Origin: a virus
Taxonomy: Duplodnaviria > Caudoviricetes
IMG/VR virus record: IMGVR_UViG_3300021167_000382
Coordinates: 96,001 to 160,000 of that record
DNA: 64,000 bases
Direction: 5' to 3' (one strand)
Each line of letters begins with the position of its first letter. The stretch's first letter is position 1. The translations under genes were made by a program, and so were the position numbers. The notes below the pieces were generated by a model. It saw nothing but the letters and a program-made list of their open reading frames with translations. It searched no databases and had not been told where the DNA came from. Shown piece after piece: positions 20,801 through 29,102 of this stretch.

Positions 20801-21728
20801 CCTCTTAAAAACATTTGCAGCGGTCGAGTCTAGTATGGACCCTTCTGCTCGGTCAAAGAACAGTTCTGCCATGGGACTGATGCAATTCATGCCAGATACC
20901 TGGAAAGAAACTTTAGCCAAGTATGGCGGTAAATACGGCCTCGCAGCAAACACGTCACCTTTCGATGCCGCTGCATCAGCACTCATGGGTGCTGAGTATA
21001 TTAAGAGCAATCAACGTATTCTAGCTGGCGTAAAGCCTAATATGAATGCGGCTGATATGTACCTAACGCATCTACTAGGTGCCGGCGGCGCTCGTAAATT
21101 CTTCCAGGCTGATCCTAACCAGTTGTCAGATGCGGTTCTTGGAGATCAAGCCAGGTCAAATCCTGAACTCTTCTTCGCTAATGGAAAACCATTAACGATT
21201 GCTCAAGCTTATGAGCGAATTAAACAGCGGATTAAAGCAAAGGCTGATGCTTTTGGTCTGAAAGCTAATCTCTCTGGTCCAGGATTGAAACCGCCGACTA
21301 CTGGTGAAACTGGTCAAGGTGTAAAACTACCTAGCTCAGGTGGCGTTGATCCTAAGGTTTCTGGCCCTGAACCTACCGGAACACCTGAAGTTAAGACCAA
21401 GAGAGGTTTTAATTTTGACGGTACATCAGCTGGTTATGTCTCTCAGCCTAATCAGTCTGGGCAGCGAAACGATTCGCCTTCTAGTAAGGTTGAAGCATTA
21501 ATGGAGAAATCCAATGACACGGCGGCGGAATCTTTGAAGGCACTTCAGAGTATTGTCTCGTCGCTTTCAGAGGAACGTTTGACTAAGGTTCTTGCAGCGG
21601 TAATGGCAGTTCTACCGAAACAAGAGTCCAAGGAAGAAGCAGTTAAGATCAAGGACAAAGAAAACATGAACCGCACAGCAACCGCGAACGGTTCATCGCT
21701 TGATCTGAAACGTCGTACCTCTGCGTAA
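14838..21728 (+). CDS. Giant tail-associated protein (phiKZ gp181-like, tape-measure/lysin) with internal S74 chaperone domain, hydrophobic segments, M15 peptidase and lytic transglycosylase
   Basis: 2296 aa, divergent from vRNAP beta-prime; KKSLELQ conserved N-terminal motif; SDxxxK...GPMAQD (S74); SGFRS..Q..L...SLHEYGLALD...EPWHVE (M15); AVESS...AMGLMQF..TW...YLTH.LG.GGA (SLT). Confidence 0.9.
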   Translation: MMAKKDLSTTEWRPDDDLDFNFGDEIGTGMSQESKKDRSAVTSVVHGLGEGLKSKAVDPSLYKRILRNTLPRHYGEIADAAGDVTGGLYELYDQTQKEVKPRLNRLTKSLDKFIPEESKTLKKIMGKIVDLTGGHGSEISSPDTSAQEDQSVNMMLGEIFKAQHSASKIGETRAIMRDAIDSKRYKGNMDISLRMQRDISVLQQYTTNVTQAFQKKSLELQLRTYLGQRAYYTKSLEYMEIFRKQNEAIVKNSSLPDAVKITEAERLKTIGKEKLMGSLYGDGSVWKKGLTRLKKSAGDYVQGIGMRMDMAEMGIDMAHMGMEQMKEMNAMLADMGLPPMTKAQMAGAAAAGWVVDEAADWASPKLKAAIEKHPEISEKLARYARFALNPGSKIKKLRNSDEWKAKAESHDLEGKMYKFFDFILEHFEDRAEGSSYVTGNTNDELAEGKGFDKRAYASLTTVIPGYLSMIHREMSSLRSGTDQPYLRYDHQSGRFRTDKALQIQSVNKLKDVARSSGYAGHVNMASETLTKDRDASATEKNTLNTFLSKLSRVSNLDYSLEDIRKTDLYQNLSSSDQDTVDRFFGFMEEAPDKEVRKADFTKSMMDIRKSTPDYQRAIADIVRSGHGDLLMKEGILKRSDDGFTADPDDLHRFTEEHARTVGSDMNIKEGIKATTPAGLLKSLGKHAYEGMQKTKLYNWMYKKGAGDRKPHSGPMAQDVQKNLGEEAAPGGKEIDLQTMNGTFFASIQYLGGRIENLFKGKKSEVGDETSDSTLKNIDLNVARIAAMTAASSGGMGGGTGYREGFSLDYFLDKGIAGAKSMGSSVKEGATIASNKIAELWSDNKDKLKEKAIWLFNKGSDLAGTIFDAGSNFMKNTVPDWMNRAKDFGNKVLSTIGEQFMVFQDLYLPDGAEPVIRAAKLKAGEYYDQATGKVLTTMDEVLKVKGDIVDKAGNVILSAQERSRGLVDKYGEKVRTVAGTAAAFVISGVKKIGGSLMKAGGQLTEMVAGGFSKVKEWWDNSPEFKFPDLGAAFIGKKHLAELINIRDILLGDVKNVRKRIKKSSIGKGGGGSATDGNDTGIGGVGGAFSSLKEKAADIQARYAKPGSPLANLLDRAKGYGGKAAAMATVATRGADFTGPMTRDEMEAAAMLEAKKAQVGGRFANIKDYAQKLLGRKGPDESFVGPMQQSKWGRLKGKALGGLSAGKSRLGGLMTMASGLLSGDQNNPSPGALTDGSDGQTDQQKEAAAHDASAPAVVRRKRGTVAQKDRAKGDDDGDGVKDSSVEAQRNKVEALRAERDKKTLAADTSSKYKTSENVLDTIAKKASDLIGTLSSGLGSVFSLAGMLFSGGKGLVKGITGAFGALGKGAAALGSATGGPGAGFAKVARGAWLGLRAYGTAAALSTTAAGAGIAGFAGLAVSAASAVAGTVLSAITAPIIGIPLLVAASAYGLYKLYKYANRDNASEMERLRLRQYGFGYNSAVDRYNHHVYLLEEYLQDNRISYDSNGYPSILNKKVNIKELLSIFEIDEKDSEGADRFNAWFRNRFKPVFFAHLAALMKVNKKKTLQQVNDLSPEQKLTYLEQSKLKNGPYDYDTSPLGEKLAMDVNSDEVMTSYDNLILKVTAEIRKTAKKHAGISKPVEEVDTKLPNKTGNDGQKVAGLKAGQENAKANQNIVGEDALGEGDGAAPKPDASSKQGSGAPGSINMAGGPLLSGENGMQFVNLKSGSRLDGLSPAMLRQFLAMAEEYGKLTGKAIPVESGFRSFEQQKALWQRDPSKAARPGRSLHEYGLALDISSKVANELDQLGLMKKYGFTRPVGGEPWHVEPAGIQKSIDLAKNNAAERERMIEVSTGRGGGGFGALNGSPTGKRNHELAMRLLDVPSKLVDNKSEESKDVAKSFTDKQIAKEESKPTTVSPSSIKNASNDTSYSKTASLPTTKMADYNSQLNQSTVAPDAESGKVEGGSDSPGSSSGISQIIEDAARKTGMDPGLLKTFAAVESSMDPSARSKNSSAMGLMQFMPDTWKETLAKYGGKYGLAANTSPFDAAASALMGAEYIKSNQRILAGVKPNMNAADMYLTHLLGAGGARKFFQADPNQLSDAVLGDQARSNPELFFANGKPLTIAQAYERIKQRIKAKADAFGLKANLSGPGLKPPTTGETGQGVKLPSSGGVDPKVSGPEPTGTPEVKTKRGFNFDGTSAGYVSQPNQSGQRNDSPSSKVEALMEKSNDTAAESLKALQSIVSSLSEERLTKVLAAVMAVLPKQESKEEAVKIKDKENMNRTATANGSSLDLKRRTSA

Positions 21729-21733
21729 TAATG

Positions 21734-21765
21734 GAAGAGAGGGTGGTATCAACCACCCTCTCTTC
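21734..21765. terminator. Hairpin terminator
   Basis: GAAGAGAGGGTGGT-ATCA-ACCACCCTCTCTTC. Confidence 0.8.
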
Positions 21766-21788
21766 TAAGAATATTAAGGAGCATAGCT

Positions 21789-23900
21789 GTGCAAAGTGAA
21801 GTCTTATCTAAACAACTTGAAATGGATGGCGTCCCTATCGCTATTCCTGCGCAAGAACGTTCCGCTTCAGAAATCTTTGACCGAAACTGGTTAAAGTTAG
21901 CATTCATGGTGCCAGATAACGATATTGAAATCGACACTGATGTGTTGAATCGTTACTACTGTTCAGCTAGTGCGAAGTTTACAGATACTCGTGTTGGATG
22001 TAATATCGGTATCAACACAAAACCTCAATGGACACGGTACTGTGACATTCGTGTAAAAGGACGCTTGGAAGGTCGCCAGGATGTCACTGTTGGGGCGGTT
22101 TCTGGTAACTTTGGTATGGGGTCAGCTTACAGTGAGAATCTTGATGATCCTGCGCAAAAGATCTTTATGCGTTTCGGGGTTCCGCAGTTTAACTCGCTGT
22201 CAAGTTTTCTATTGAAAGCCTTCAACCGAGAACAAACGATTATTGCACGGACAGGTCGAGCACCTAGTGCATGGTATAAACTAGGAAATTGGACAGGTAG
22301 TGCGATGATGATGATCGCTTTCCCTGCGCTTTCCATTACAGTGGCTACCGCAAAAACCATTAGCTGGTTAGTGAGTCGTCCCACTAGTAAATTCTTCACC
22401 TTGAAACCAACCATGTTCATGTATTGGAACACGGTAAATAACTTAGTGATTAACCATTCCGTAAATGTGGGATTGATTAAGAAGGTGCTTGCGGATTCCG
22501 ATTCACAGGACACCCAGCGACTTGGTCAAACTTACACGTTGGATAAAGATCAGATTTCTATGTTAGGTCAATTGTATCCTGACATCTTTAGAAACGGAAC
22601 GATTGACATCATTTCACTAGCGAGTCGTGCACAACGATTGGCAAATATCCAATTTCAGAATGACTACGATGCACTGGGTAAGGATTCGGCGTCAGACTTC
22701 GAAGGCTACCTACGGCGTGAATATACAACAGACGGTACACATGGTAGCTATATCTCCGATTCAAGCGGTGATAGCACGCTGTCGTCCTATTTGAATAAGA
22801 TTCTCATGGGAAGTCGCTATATCACCGCTGAGAAAGGCGAGGACTTCATTCAAGAATCCGACCCCAGAGTAGGTATTCCGAATGAAGCAGGTGAAGCATC
22901 TCCATTGAAGGACCACGTCGATGCCATGGTCAAGGTCATGGATGCTGAATTCCGTCACGGTGCTGAATTCGCCGTGTTCCGAGTTGAACACACAGGCACA
23001 ATGCAAGAGTCCTTTGGAAATTCTCTAATTGAATCGGACCTATCCCAGAAGTTAAATGGGATCTCTTCCCAAACAGCTGAAGCTCGTTTTAGCTTTGCAG
23101 ATGGTAATCTGATCGGCGGCGCTATCGGTAGTATCGTTGGAGCGGTGAAGGACATCGGTCTAGGTGCGCTAGATGCTGCCACATTCGGCTTTGCTGGTCT
23201 CGCTGCAGGTCTAGGTGGTTCAGGGTACATCGACATTCCGAAACACTGGCAGAGCGCGAATGCATCCCTTCCACGAGGAAGTTATAAGATCAAACTGATC
23301 TCTCCTTACAATAACCCCGTTTCAAGACTGATGAATATATTCATCCCTCTTTACATGCTCATGGCTGGCGGCCTGCCACGGTCTATCGGTAAGCAGTCTT
23401 ATACGTCGCCATTCTACTGTCAAATTTATGATCGAGGTCGTCTTCAGTCTAGACTTGCGATGATTGAATCGATCTCAATCAGTCGTGGTACATCTAACCT
23501 ACAGTACGATCTATCAGGTAACGCACTGGCGATCGATGTTTCATTTAATGTGGTTGATCTTTCTTCTATCATGCATATGCCTGTGTCTGCAGGTAATGTG
23601 GGTGAAGTAGACACCACGATGGATGACGATAACATTGCTCAGGACTACTTGGCTGTATTAGCAGGTATGGATATCTACAGTCAGATTTATGCGATTCCTC
23701 GAGCTCAGTTGAAAGCCACGAAGGAACTCGCTAAATTGCAATACAAAGCAACCTCACCAGCGTTTCACGCTGCGCTTTTTAGACATTCCATCTCAGATGG
23801 ATTTATCAACGACATCACCCTCGGTGCTTCAGGTGCTTTGACTGAGTTAGTCGAAGCTGGTGTTCGTGGTAGCTCACTTCTCGAAGGTAATCGGACGTAA
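21789..23900 (+). CDS. Tail/baseplate structural protein (phiKZ gp182-like)
   Basis: KFTDT..G.N..IN..PQ.TRY.DIR, GMG..YSE..DD, RFGVP.FNSL and YTSPF motifs; follows the gp181-like gene. Confidence 0.82.
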   Translation: MQSEVLSKQLEMDGVPIAIPAQERSASEIFDRNWLKLAFMVPDNDIEIDTDVLNRYYCSASAKFTDTRVGCNIGINTKPQWTRYCDIRVKGRLEGRQDVTVGAVSGNFGMGSAYSENLDDPAQKIFMRFGVPQFNSLSSFLLKAFNREQTIIARTGRAPSAWYKLGNWTGSAMMMIAFPALSITVATAKTISWLVSRPTSKFFTLKPTMFMYWNTVNNLVINHSVNVGLIKKVLADSDSQDTQRLGQTYTLDKDQISMLGQLYPDIFRNGTIDIISLASRAQRLANIQFQNDYDALGKDSASDFEGYLRREYTTDGTHGSYISDSSGDSTLSSYLNKILMGSRYITAEKGEDFIQESDPRVGIPNEAGEASPLKDHVDAMVKVMDAEFRHGAEFAVFRVEHTGTMQESFGNSLIESDLSQKLNGISSQTAEARFSFADGNLIGGAIGSIVGAVKDIGLGALDAATFGFAGLAAGLGGSGYIDIPKHWQSANASLPRGSYKIKLISPYNNPVSRLMNIFIPLYMLMAGGLPRSIGKQSYTSPFYCQIYDRGRLQSRLAMIESISISRGTSNLQYDLSGNALAIDVSFNVVDLSSIMHMPVSAGNVGEVDTTMDDDNIAQDYLAVLAGMDIYSQIYAIPRAQLKATKELAKLQYKATSPAFHAALFRHSISDGFINDITLGASGALTELVEAGVRGSSLLEGNRT

Positions 23901-23930
23901 ACACGAGGAGGGCAGTCGCCCTCCTCGTGT
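23901..23930. terminator. Bidirectional hairpin terminator between convergent genes
   Basis: ACACGAGGAGGGC-AGTC-GCCCTCCTCGTGT. Confidence 0.85.
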
Positions 23931-23938
23931 CATCAGTA

Positions 23939-25030
23939 TCAGAAGAAATCGAATTCTTCAGAAGCTACTACGGCTGCGCTTAGAAAACTATCGTCAGAAT
24001 CAGGAATGGCATCAAGATCATTCTGACCAAAGGAACGATCCGTTAACCAGACATCACTCAAGCTAGAATAATCACTCGAGATACCGTTCAGATGTCCCAT
24101 GGAAAGCATACCTTCTTCATTATGCATCCAGTCTTCATCGTATAACTCCTGACCTCCTCGAAGCTGTCGCATGAGTTCAACTTGATCGATCTCTCCGACT
24201 CCTTCAGGAATTTCAAGATTACCAAGTAGTTCATCGAGAGATGCCGGATTCGTTAAAGCAGGATTGAGGCCAGTTGAATCTTTAGCCACGTCGATCCAAC
24301 CTCGAACATTTCCGCCAGCACCCATAATGCCTAATAGATTGCCAGCCGCTTTACCATATTCAAGGTTGGTCAATCCAAGTGCATCGAATACCTTGGAAGA
24401 ATAGAGACCACTGAAGACGCCGCAAAGTCCAAGCTTATAGCCATAGCCAGACAATGCCATTAGTGAACGAAGACCTGATGTGATGTCTCGGAAACCTGTA
24501 TTGTACGCACCGCCGGTTAACTTATTCAGAAGGTCCGTGTACCCTGCACTATTACACCCAGAGCTAGTACCATATCGTCCAAGTGATGCCTTACCACCCG
24601 AACAACTGGCCGAGAGATCATAAGGTCTACCGCCAAAGCCGTATGAACTACCACGACCACAGCGTCGCATCATATCCATTGCCGACTTAGCGACTGCAGT
24701 ACTGCCACCAGTATTCGAAGTAAACGACTTAACAAGCTCATTTACCAGATTCTCAGGTGCACCTTTGTAGTCAGTTAACTTGCCAGCGATCGATTTGATA
24801 TCGCGGCTATATTCTTCGAAAGAGTCTTTAGCCGAAGAATAGATATTTTTAGCGAGACTTGCTTCTTCCGGAAAACTCGTCCGAATAAGATTTTCAGCAT
24901 CCTCACCAACGGTCTTGAATTCATTAATTGCAGAGTTGATAATGTCATCTAACTTACCTGCACCAAAGGTAGAACTGGCAAGATTCGTATCCTGAGTCAG
25001 AAACTGAAAACGTTTAGCTGCGATAGCCAT
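23939..25030 (-). CDS. Putative virion structural protein (363 aa)
   Basis: GAGGTG RBS; Gly/Ser-rich; next to tail genes. Confidence 0.6.
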   Translation of the reverse strand: MAIAAKRFQFLTQDTNLASSTFGAGKLDDIINSAINEFKTVGEDAENLIRTSFPEEASLAKNIYSSAKDSFEEYSRDIKSIAGKLTDYKGAPENLVNELVKSFTSNTGGSTAVAKSAMDMMRRCGRGSSYGFGGRPYDLSASCSGGKASLGRYGTSSGCNSAGYTDLLNKLTGGAYNTGFRDITSGLRSLMALSGYGYKLGLCGVFSGLYSSKVFDALGLTNLEYGKAAGNLLGIMGAGGNVRGWIDVAKDSTGLNPALTNPASLDELLGNLEIPEGVGEIDQVELMRQLRGGQELYDEDWMHNEEGMLSMGHLNGISSDYSSLSDVWLTDRSFGQNDLDAIPDSDDSFLSAAVVASEEFDFF

Positions 25031-25086
25031 GGAACACCTCTTTTTTAAATCGTAGTCATCGGATCAAAAAAGAATTCAAAAAAAGA

Positions 25087-25119
25087 ACTATGGAGACGGG
25101 GTAACCCCGTCTCCATAGT
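25087..25119. terminator. Hairpin terminator
   Basis: ACTATGGAGACGGGG-TAA-CCCCGTCTCCATAGT, with a T-run downstream on the minus strand. Confidence 0.85.
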
Positions 25120-25128
25120 CGTATCGAT

Positions 25129-26619
25129 TTACATCGAAGATTGCATTTCACTCAGACCGCTATTCGCAGCTTCAACAGCCGTCGCCGAAGATTCACTAGC
25201 GACAGTTGCTTCATCTTGCGAAGTTACCGAACCGGGTTCAGCCAATGACTCTTCAGCATCAGTGGTTTCCCCAGCAGCCATGATAGCCGCCACCGGTACA
25301 GCAGCCAATTCGGTAACCGCTTCTTCGGAAGGAACCTTACGCCCATCCTGTTCAGCCAACTCAAAGCGCTCAGGTTTCTGAGAAACCAAGGACACTGGTG
25401 CGTCGACGGAAGTGATAACCGGGTACAGAATATCCTGGGTAATCGGGTCCTGAATGAACAGACCGAGTTCCCAGCATTCCATGATCACCGGCATCACTTG
25501 CGACGGAATCGGCATCTTGATAAACGTCACTGCTCGGCCATTCTTAACATCGAAGGCCACGCTACCTTCCAGATAGCTGTAGTCCACCCAAGCATTTCCC
25601 GTTGACAGATGCACCAGAACATAGGACATCTCGCGAGCCGGGTTATACCAACGAGTACCTTCCGGATAATCGAGCTCCGGTGTGTCTTCAGATACGATCG
25701 TGTCACTCGAAACGTTGCCAACTTCTTCAATCACTGGTTTCGTTTCTTCAACTTCAACAGCGCCAGTTTCGGGAACTGTCTGGAGAGCTTCGGTTTCAGC
25801 GATAAGAGTTGCTTGTTCCTGGGCAACGGGTACTGTAGCTTCTTGAGCCGCCTTTTCCTTCTTCAACTTGACTTCAGCAGCCTGAGCAGCGCGCGCTACT
25901 TGACGTTCACACCAAGCATCGTAAGCCACCCAACGCTTCTCTTCGAAACGAGCGATGATTTCAGGTGCAGTGCCCTGATAGCTATCACCCGTCAGCTGAT
26001 TCATGATGCCTTCGTAGATATCGGCATCCTTGCTAACGCCGTTGTCCAGGAATCGAGCCAGGGAAGGAGAACGACGTTCCTTCAGTGCGTTACGGATTTC
26101 AGTGTAACCTGCACACAGGAACGCCGAAGGTTCGAAGCGCTGACGCAGCATGGTTTCATTGTTGATGGAATAGCTGTCGAACGGAAGCGTGCTTTCCAGC
26201 AGAAGCTTCATCAGCGATTCATTCTGAAGAACGCGAACGTAGATGGAATGCACCATCACTGCACGATAATTCGGTGTCGTCTTACGCAGACCGCCGCTAC
26301 GGAAGATGAGATCACGGATCTTCGTGAAGTTTTCCATCATGCGAATAGAGTCAGCATGCGATTCGGAACGAATGAAGAGGGAGAGGTTTTCAATCGAACG
26401 GAACTGCCCCAGGATGGGGTGATGGAAGAGGTGGCTATTGCGACCATTCAGCCATTTGCCGATCTGAGTCGCTGCATTCATTGCTACGTTGATGTGGTCG
26501 ATACCGTCACCCTGCCACTGAGAGGGGTGAGACGGAAGACCTTGGACCTTGGTCAACAAGACGCCGTGCGTCTGAAGTTGATCACGAAGAGAACCTTGAG
26601 ATTTGGAATTCTTGGACAT
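25129..26619 (-). CDS. Conserved jumbo-phage protein with a NADAR/YbiA-like N-terminal domain and a long acidic C-terminal region
   Basis: DGIDHINV....TQIGKWL......FHHPILGQFRSIE...LLLESTLPFDSY pattern; E/A/T-rich low-complexity tail. Confidence 0.6.
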   Translation of the reverse strand: MSKNSKSQGSLRDQLQTHGVLLTKVQGLPSHPSQWQGDGIDHINVAMNAATQIGKWLNGRNSHLFHHPILGQFRSIENLSLFIRSESHADSIRMMENFTKIRDLIFRSGGLRKTTPNYRAVMVHSIYVRVLQNESLMKLLLESTLPFDSYSINNETMLRQRFEPSAFLCAGYTEIRNALKERRSPSLARFLDNGVSKDADIYEGIMNQLTGDSYQGTAPEIIARFEEKRWVAYDAWCERQVARAAQAAEVKLKKEKAAQEATVPVAQEQATLIAETEALQTVPETGAVEVEETKPVIEEVGNVSSDTIVSEDTPELDYPEGTRWYNPAREMSYVLVHLSTGNAWVDYSYLEGSVAFDVKNGRAVTFIKMPIPSQVMPVIMECWELGLFIQDPITQDILYPVITSVDAPVSLVSQKPERFELAEQDGRKVPSEEAVTELAAVPVAAIMAAGETTDAEESLAEPGSVTSQDEATVASESSATAVEAANSGLSEMQSSM

Positions 26620-26640
26620 TGCATATTTCCTTGTTAGCGG

Positions 26641-27243
26641 TTAGGTGCTCGATTTTTGAGCACTGTTGATTTCCATGCGAACTTCGTCAAATACCCCTGT
26701 AACAAAAACCAGGTAAAACGGTATCATGAATGCATGGCTATACAGAAAACTAGACACCTCAGTTGAAGTATCATGAAGGCCGGCCAGTGGCTTGTTATAA
26801 TCACGGGCCTCTTGTTTAAGAAGAACGTTACGGGCGAAGGAATCCATGTCACTGCGAATGATTCTCTCCGTCATTTTAATAACGTCTGCCTGAGGAAAAA
26901 CATTACTAGCCGTACTCGTTCCGTTCAGAATGTCAGCAGACAGAGCTTCACTATAGACTTCAAAGTTCAGCATCCCCCAAAAACGTCGGCTCAGGTCAAT
27001 CAGGAAATCAGTCGGGACATAAACCCCAGACCCTTCATTCACGATCATGTCGTCAATGAAATCATCCGTCCAATAACGACTAATCATTTTTTGGATGATG
27101 TCGAAATTGTAAGTAAACGGACTACCTGTTTGATTGTAGATATCCAACTTGGTCTGCAGCGCGTCACTATACATACATGCCGCTGCGAATGACTCTTTCA
27201 GACACCGCCGAAAGATATTTCCTTCATTCATCACCATCTCCAT
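26641..27243 (-). CDS. Hypothetical protein (200 aa)
   Basis: ORF in the operon downstream of the promoter motif at 28513. Confidence 0.75.
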   Translation of the reverse strand: MEMVMNEGNIFRRCLKESFAAACMYSDALQTKLDIYNQTGSPFTYNFDIIQKMISRYWTDDFIDDMIVNEGSGVYVPTDFLIDLSRRFWGMLNFEVYSEALSADILNGTSTASNVFPQADVIKMTERIIRSDMDSFARNVLLKQEARDYNKPLAGLHDTSTEVSSFLYSHAFMIPFYLVFVTGVFDEVRMEINSAQKSST

Positions 27244-27916
27244 CGTCTAGGCCGTCAACTGCAACCACGATTTCATGATAGGTTGCTTTCTTGACGGCGT
27301 GGTATAACTTCACACGAATAGTAAACCGCTGAACATTAATGAAGGCACAGCCTTTCATAAACGTTTTCCAGGTCATGCTATCCTTCAGCAACTCTTTCGA
27401 GATACTGGCACGTATGGTGGCTTTCTGTCGCTTATGGATAACCGATCGAGAACGTTCGATGTAAGCCTCCATTAGAGCGCTGTATTTATCACCTCGGATA
27501 TCGAGTTCATGAAAGATCTTCGCCATGAGACCACCAAGAAGTTTCCCGGGTTCATCTTTCTGACCAATCGCAAACGAAATATCGTGAACAGTGACTCCCT
27601 CAATGCGCTCCATCGCAAGTGTTAGGTCAACCTGTTTAATGTTAAGAAACTCAAGTCCCTTCAAGAATGTCTTCCAGGTGATGCTTTTCTTCAGAAGTTC
27701 TTTAGAGAGACCGATACGAGCAGACTCTTGTTTAGCTGCGTCCGGTAGAAACCGTGCACGCTGGATGTAGCGAACCATCAGTGAATCGTAATGGTCTTGT
27801 TCAGTCAAACCAAGATCGTACATAATCGTACGAATCAGTCGTGCCAGCACCGCACCAGCGCCACCTGTTCGGATGACTGTGGTGAAGGGTTGGACTTTGT
27901 GTTTGCGAGCAAACAT
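27224..27916 (-). CDS. Conserved phiKZ-like protein made of two tandem ~105-aa domains
   Basis: LSKELLKKSITWKTFLKGLEFLN and ISKELLKDSMTWKTFMKGCAFIN repeats. Confidence 0.8.
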   Translation of the reverse strand: MFARKHKVQPFTTVIRTGGAGAVLARLIRTIMYDLGLTEQDHYDSLMVRYIQRARFLPDAAKQESARIGLSKELLKKSITWKTFLKGLEFLNIKQVDLTLAMERIEGVTVHDISFAIGQKDEPGKLLGGLMAKIFHELDIRGDKYSALMEAYIERSRSVIHKRQKATIRASISKELLKDSMTWKTFMKGCAFINVQRFTIRVKLYHAVKKATYHEIVVAVDGLDDGDGDE

Positions 27917-27953
27917 CGTTAATTTACCTCATAAGTAGAGGACTCTTGTTTTG

Positions 27954-28484
27954 TTATTGATCTCCGAGCCGTGGTGTTACCAACTGGGTTGAAAGAGAAT
28001 CGATATTCACAATCACCGTTGTACTGCGTGAGAGTGCGTAAGAAAGCCATCCCGGTGGGTTAGCGTTCGCAAGTGATCGCTTATGAATGTCCAATACAGA
28101 AAGCATTCGGTTGATCAACCTGCTTCGTTTTTCAAGTATACTACCAAACCGACCATCGGGAGATCTGTAAAAGTTACAGACCTTCACCAGTCGAAGTGAG
28201 AGTTCATCTTTAGGAAAATCCATCTTCCCCAATAACGAATCTTCAACTATGGCTAGTAACTCGATGTAGTTATCTACGGTGTCACAAAGTACCTCCAATC
28301 GCTGTATGTCAAATGCACGATGATTGTTAACAGCCAAGGCATGATGAAGACGTTCTATGATGTGCTCATAGGGGTCATAGAGTTGATTTGAAACCTCATC
28401 AACTTCTACATCGTCCTCTATTTTTTGTTCTGGATAAAGCTTGGCTAACGTATTCTGATATAACTTCTTAAACCAGGTTAACAC
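27954..28484 (-). CDS. Hypothetical early protein (176 aa)
   Basis: AGGAG RBS, GTG start, just downstream of the promoter motif. Confidence 0.75.
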   Translation of the reverse strand: MLTWFKKLYQNTLAKLYPEQKIEDDVEVDEVSNQLYDPYEHIIERLHHALAVNNHRAFDIQRLEVLCDTVDNYIELLAIVEDSLLGKMDFPKDELSLRLVKVCNFYRSPDGRFGSILEKRSRLINRMLSVLDIHKRSLANANPPGWLSYALSRSTTVIVNIDSLSTQLVTPRLGDQ

Positions 28485-28512
28485 AGTAAAAACTCCTAGT
28501 CAGTCCGGGTCA

Positions 28513-28533
28513 TTTAAGATATACATGAGCAAA
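28513..28533 (-). promoter_or_regulatory. Putative early promoter TTTGCTCATGTATATCTTAAA
   Basis: Copy of the repeated motif. Confidence 0.75.
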
Positions 28534-28608
28534 CCCCTTATCAGCACAGGACATAAATAATGTATGTGGTGGTAAAATAACAGAATTCTCCTGCTGGAGG
28601 AGCACACT

Positions 28609-29064
28609 ATGATTGATATCGAAATTTCTGAAGAAGCGGTTGGAAACAACCCTGCAGCACGTAGTGCATTGTTTGATGATGACGATGCCGATGAGCTTCA
28701 ACGTATTCAAAATCTGCGAGTACAGTTGTCTAAAAAGCTAACGATGGATGAAGTCGGTGGTTTGAAGATTCCTGAGAAGACCGCTGATAAAGTCCTACTT
28801 GCCCAACTTCTGGATGGTAGTGAGCGTTTGATCATGACCAAGGCTCGTTTGAAGGTGGCTTCTAAAACCACTGATGAGTTGGGTAATCTGGCAGATGCTG
28901 TGGCTAAAGCACTGAAGGGCTTCAAACCCTCAACGCATACCGCACTTCCAATGGAACGTGAGATCCCAGGTGAATTCCTACGGATTGATACAGTTCCAGG
29001 TGAAATGGACATTGGAAATATTCCGATGACAATCGATCAATTGCAGAAAACTGAAGTTATCTAA
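28609..29064 (+). CDS. Hypothetical protein (151 aa)
   Basis: GGAGGAG RBS; ends at a bidirectional hairpin. Confidence 0.8.
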   Translation: MIDIEISEEAVGNNPAARSALFDDDDADELQRIQNLRVQLSKKLTMDEVGGLKIPEKTADKVLLAQLLDGSERLIMTKARLKVASKTTDELGNLADAVAKALKGFKPSTHTALPMEREIPGEFLRIDTVPGEMDIGNIPMTIDQLQKTEVI

Positions 29065-29068
29065 GAGA

Positions 29069-29102
29069 CATGAGAAGAGAGGCGTACGCCTCTCTTCTCA
29101 TG
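29069..29102. terminator. Bidirectional hairpin terminator
   Basis: CATGAGAAGAGAGGC-GTAC-GCCTCTCTTCTCATG. Confidence 0.85.

Noticed and set aside
25609-26637. 342-aa ORF on the + strand
   Set aside because: Antisense shadow of 25129..26619, which has the RBS and conserved motifs
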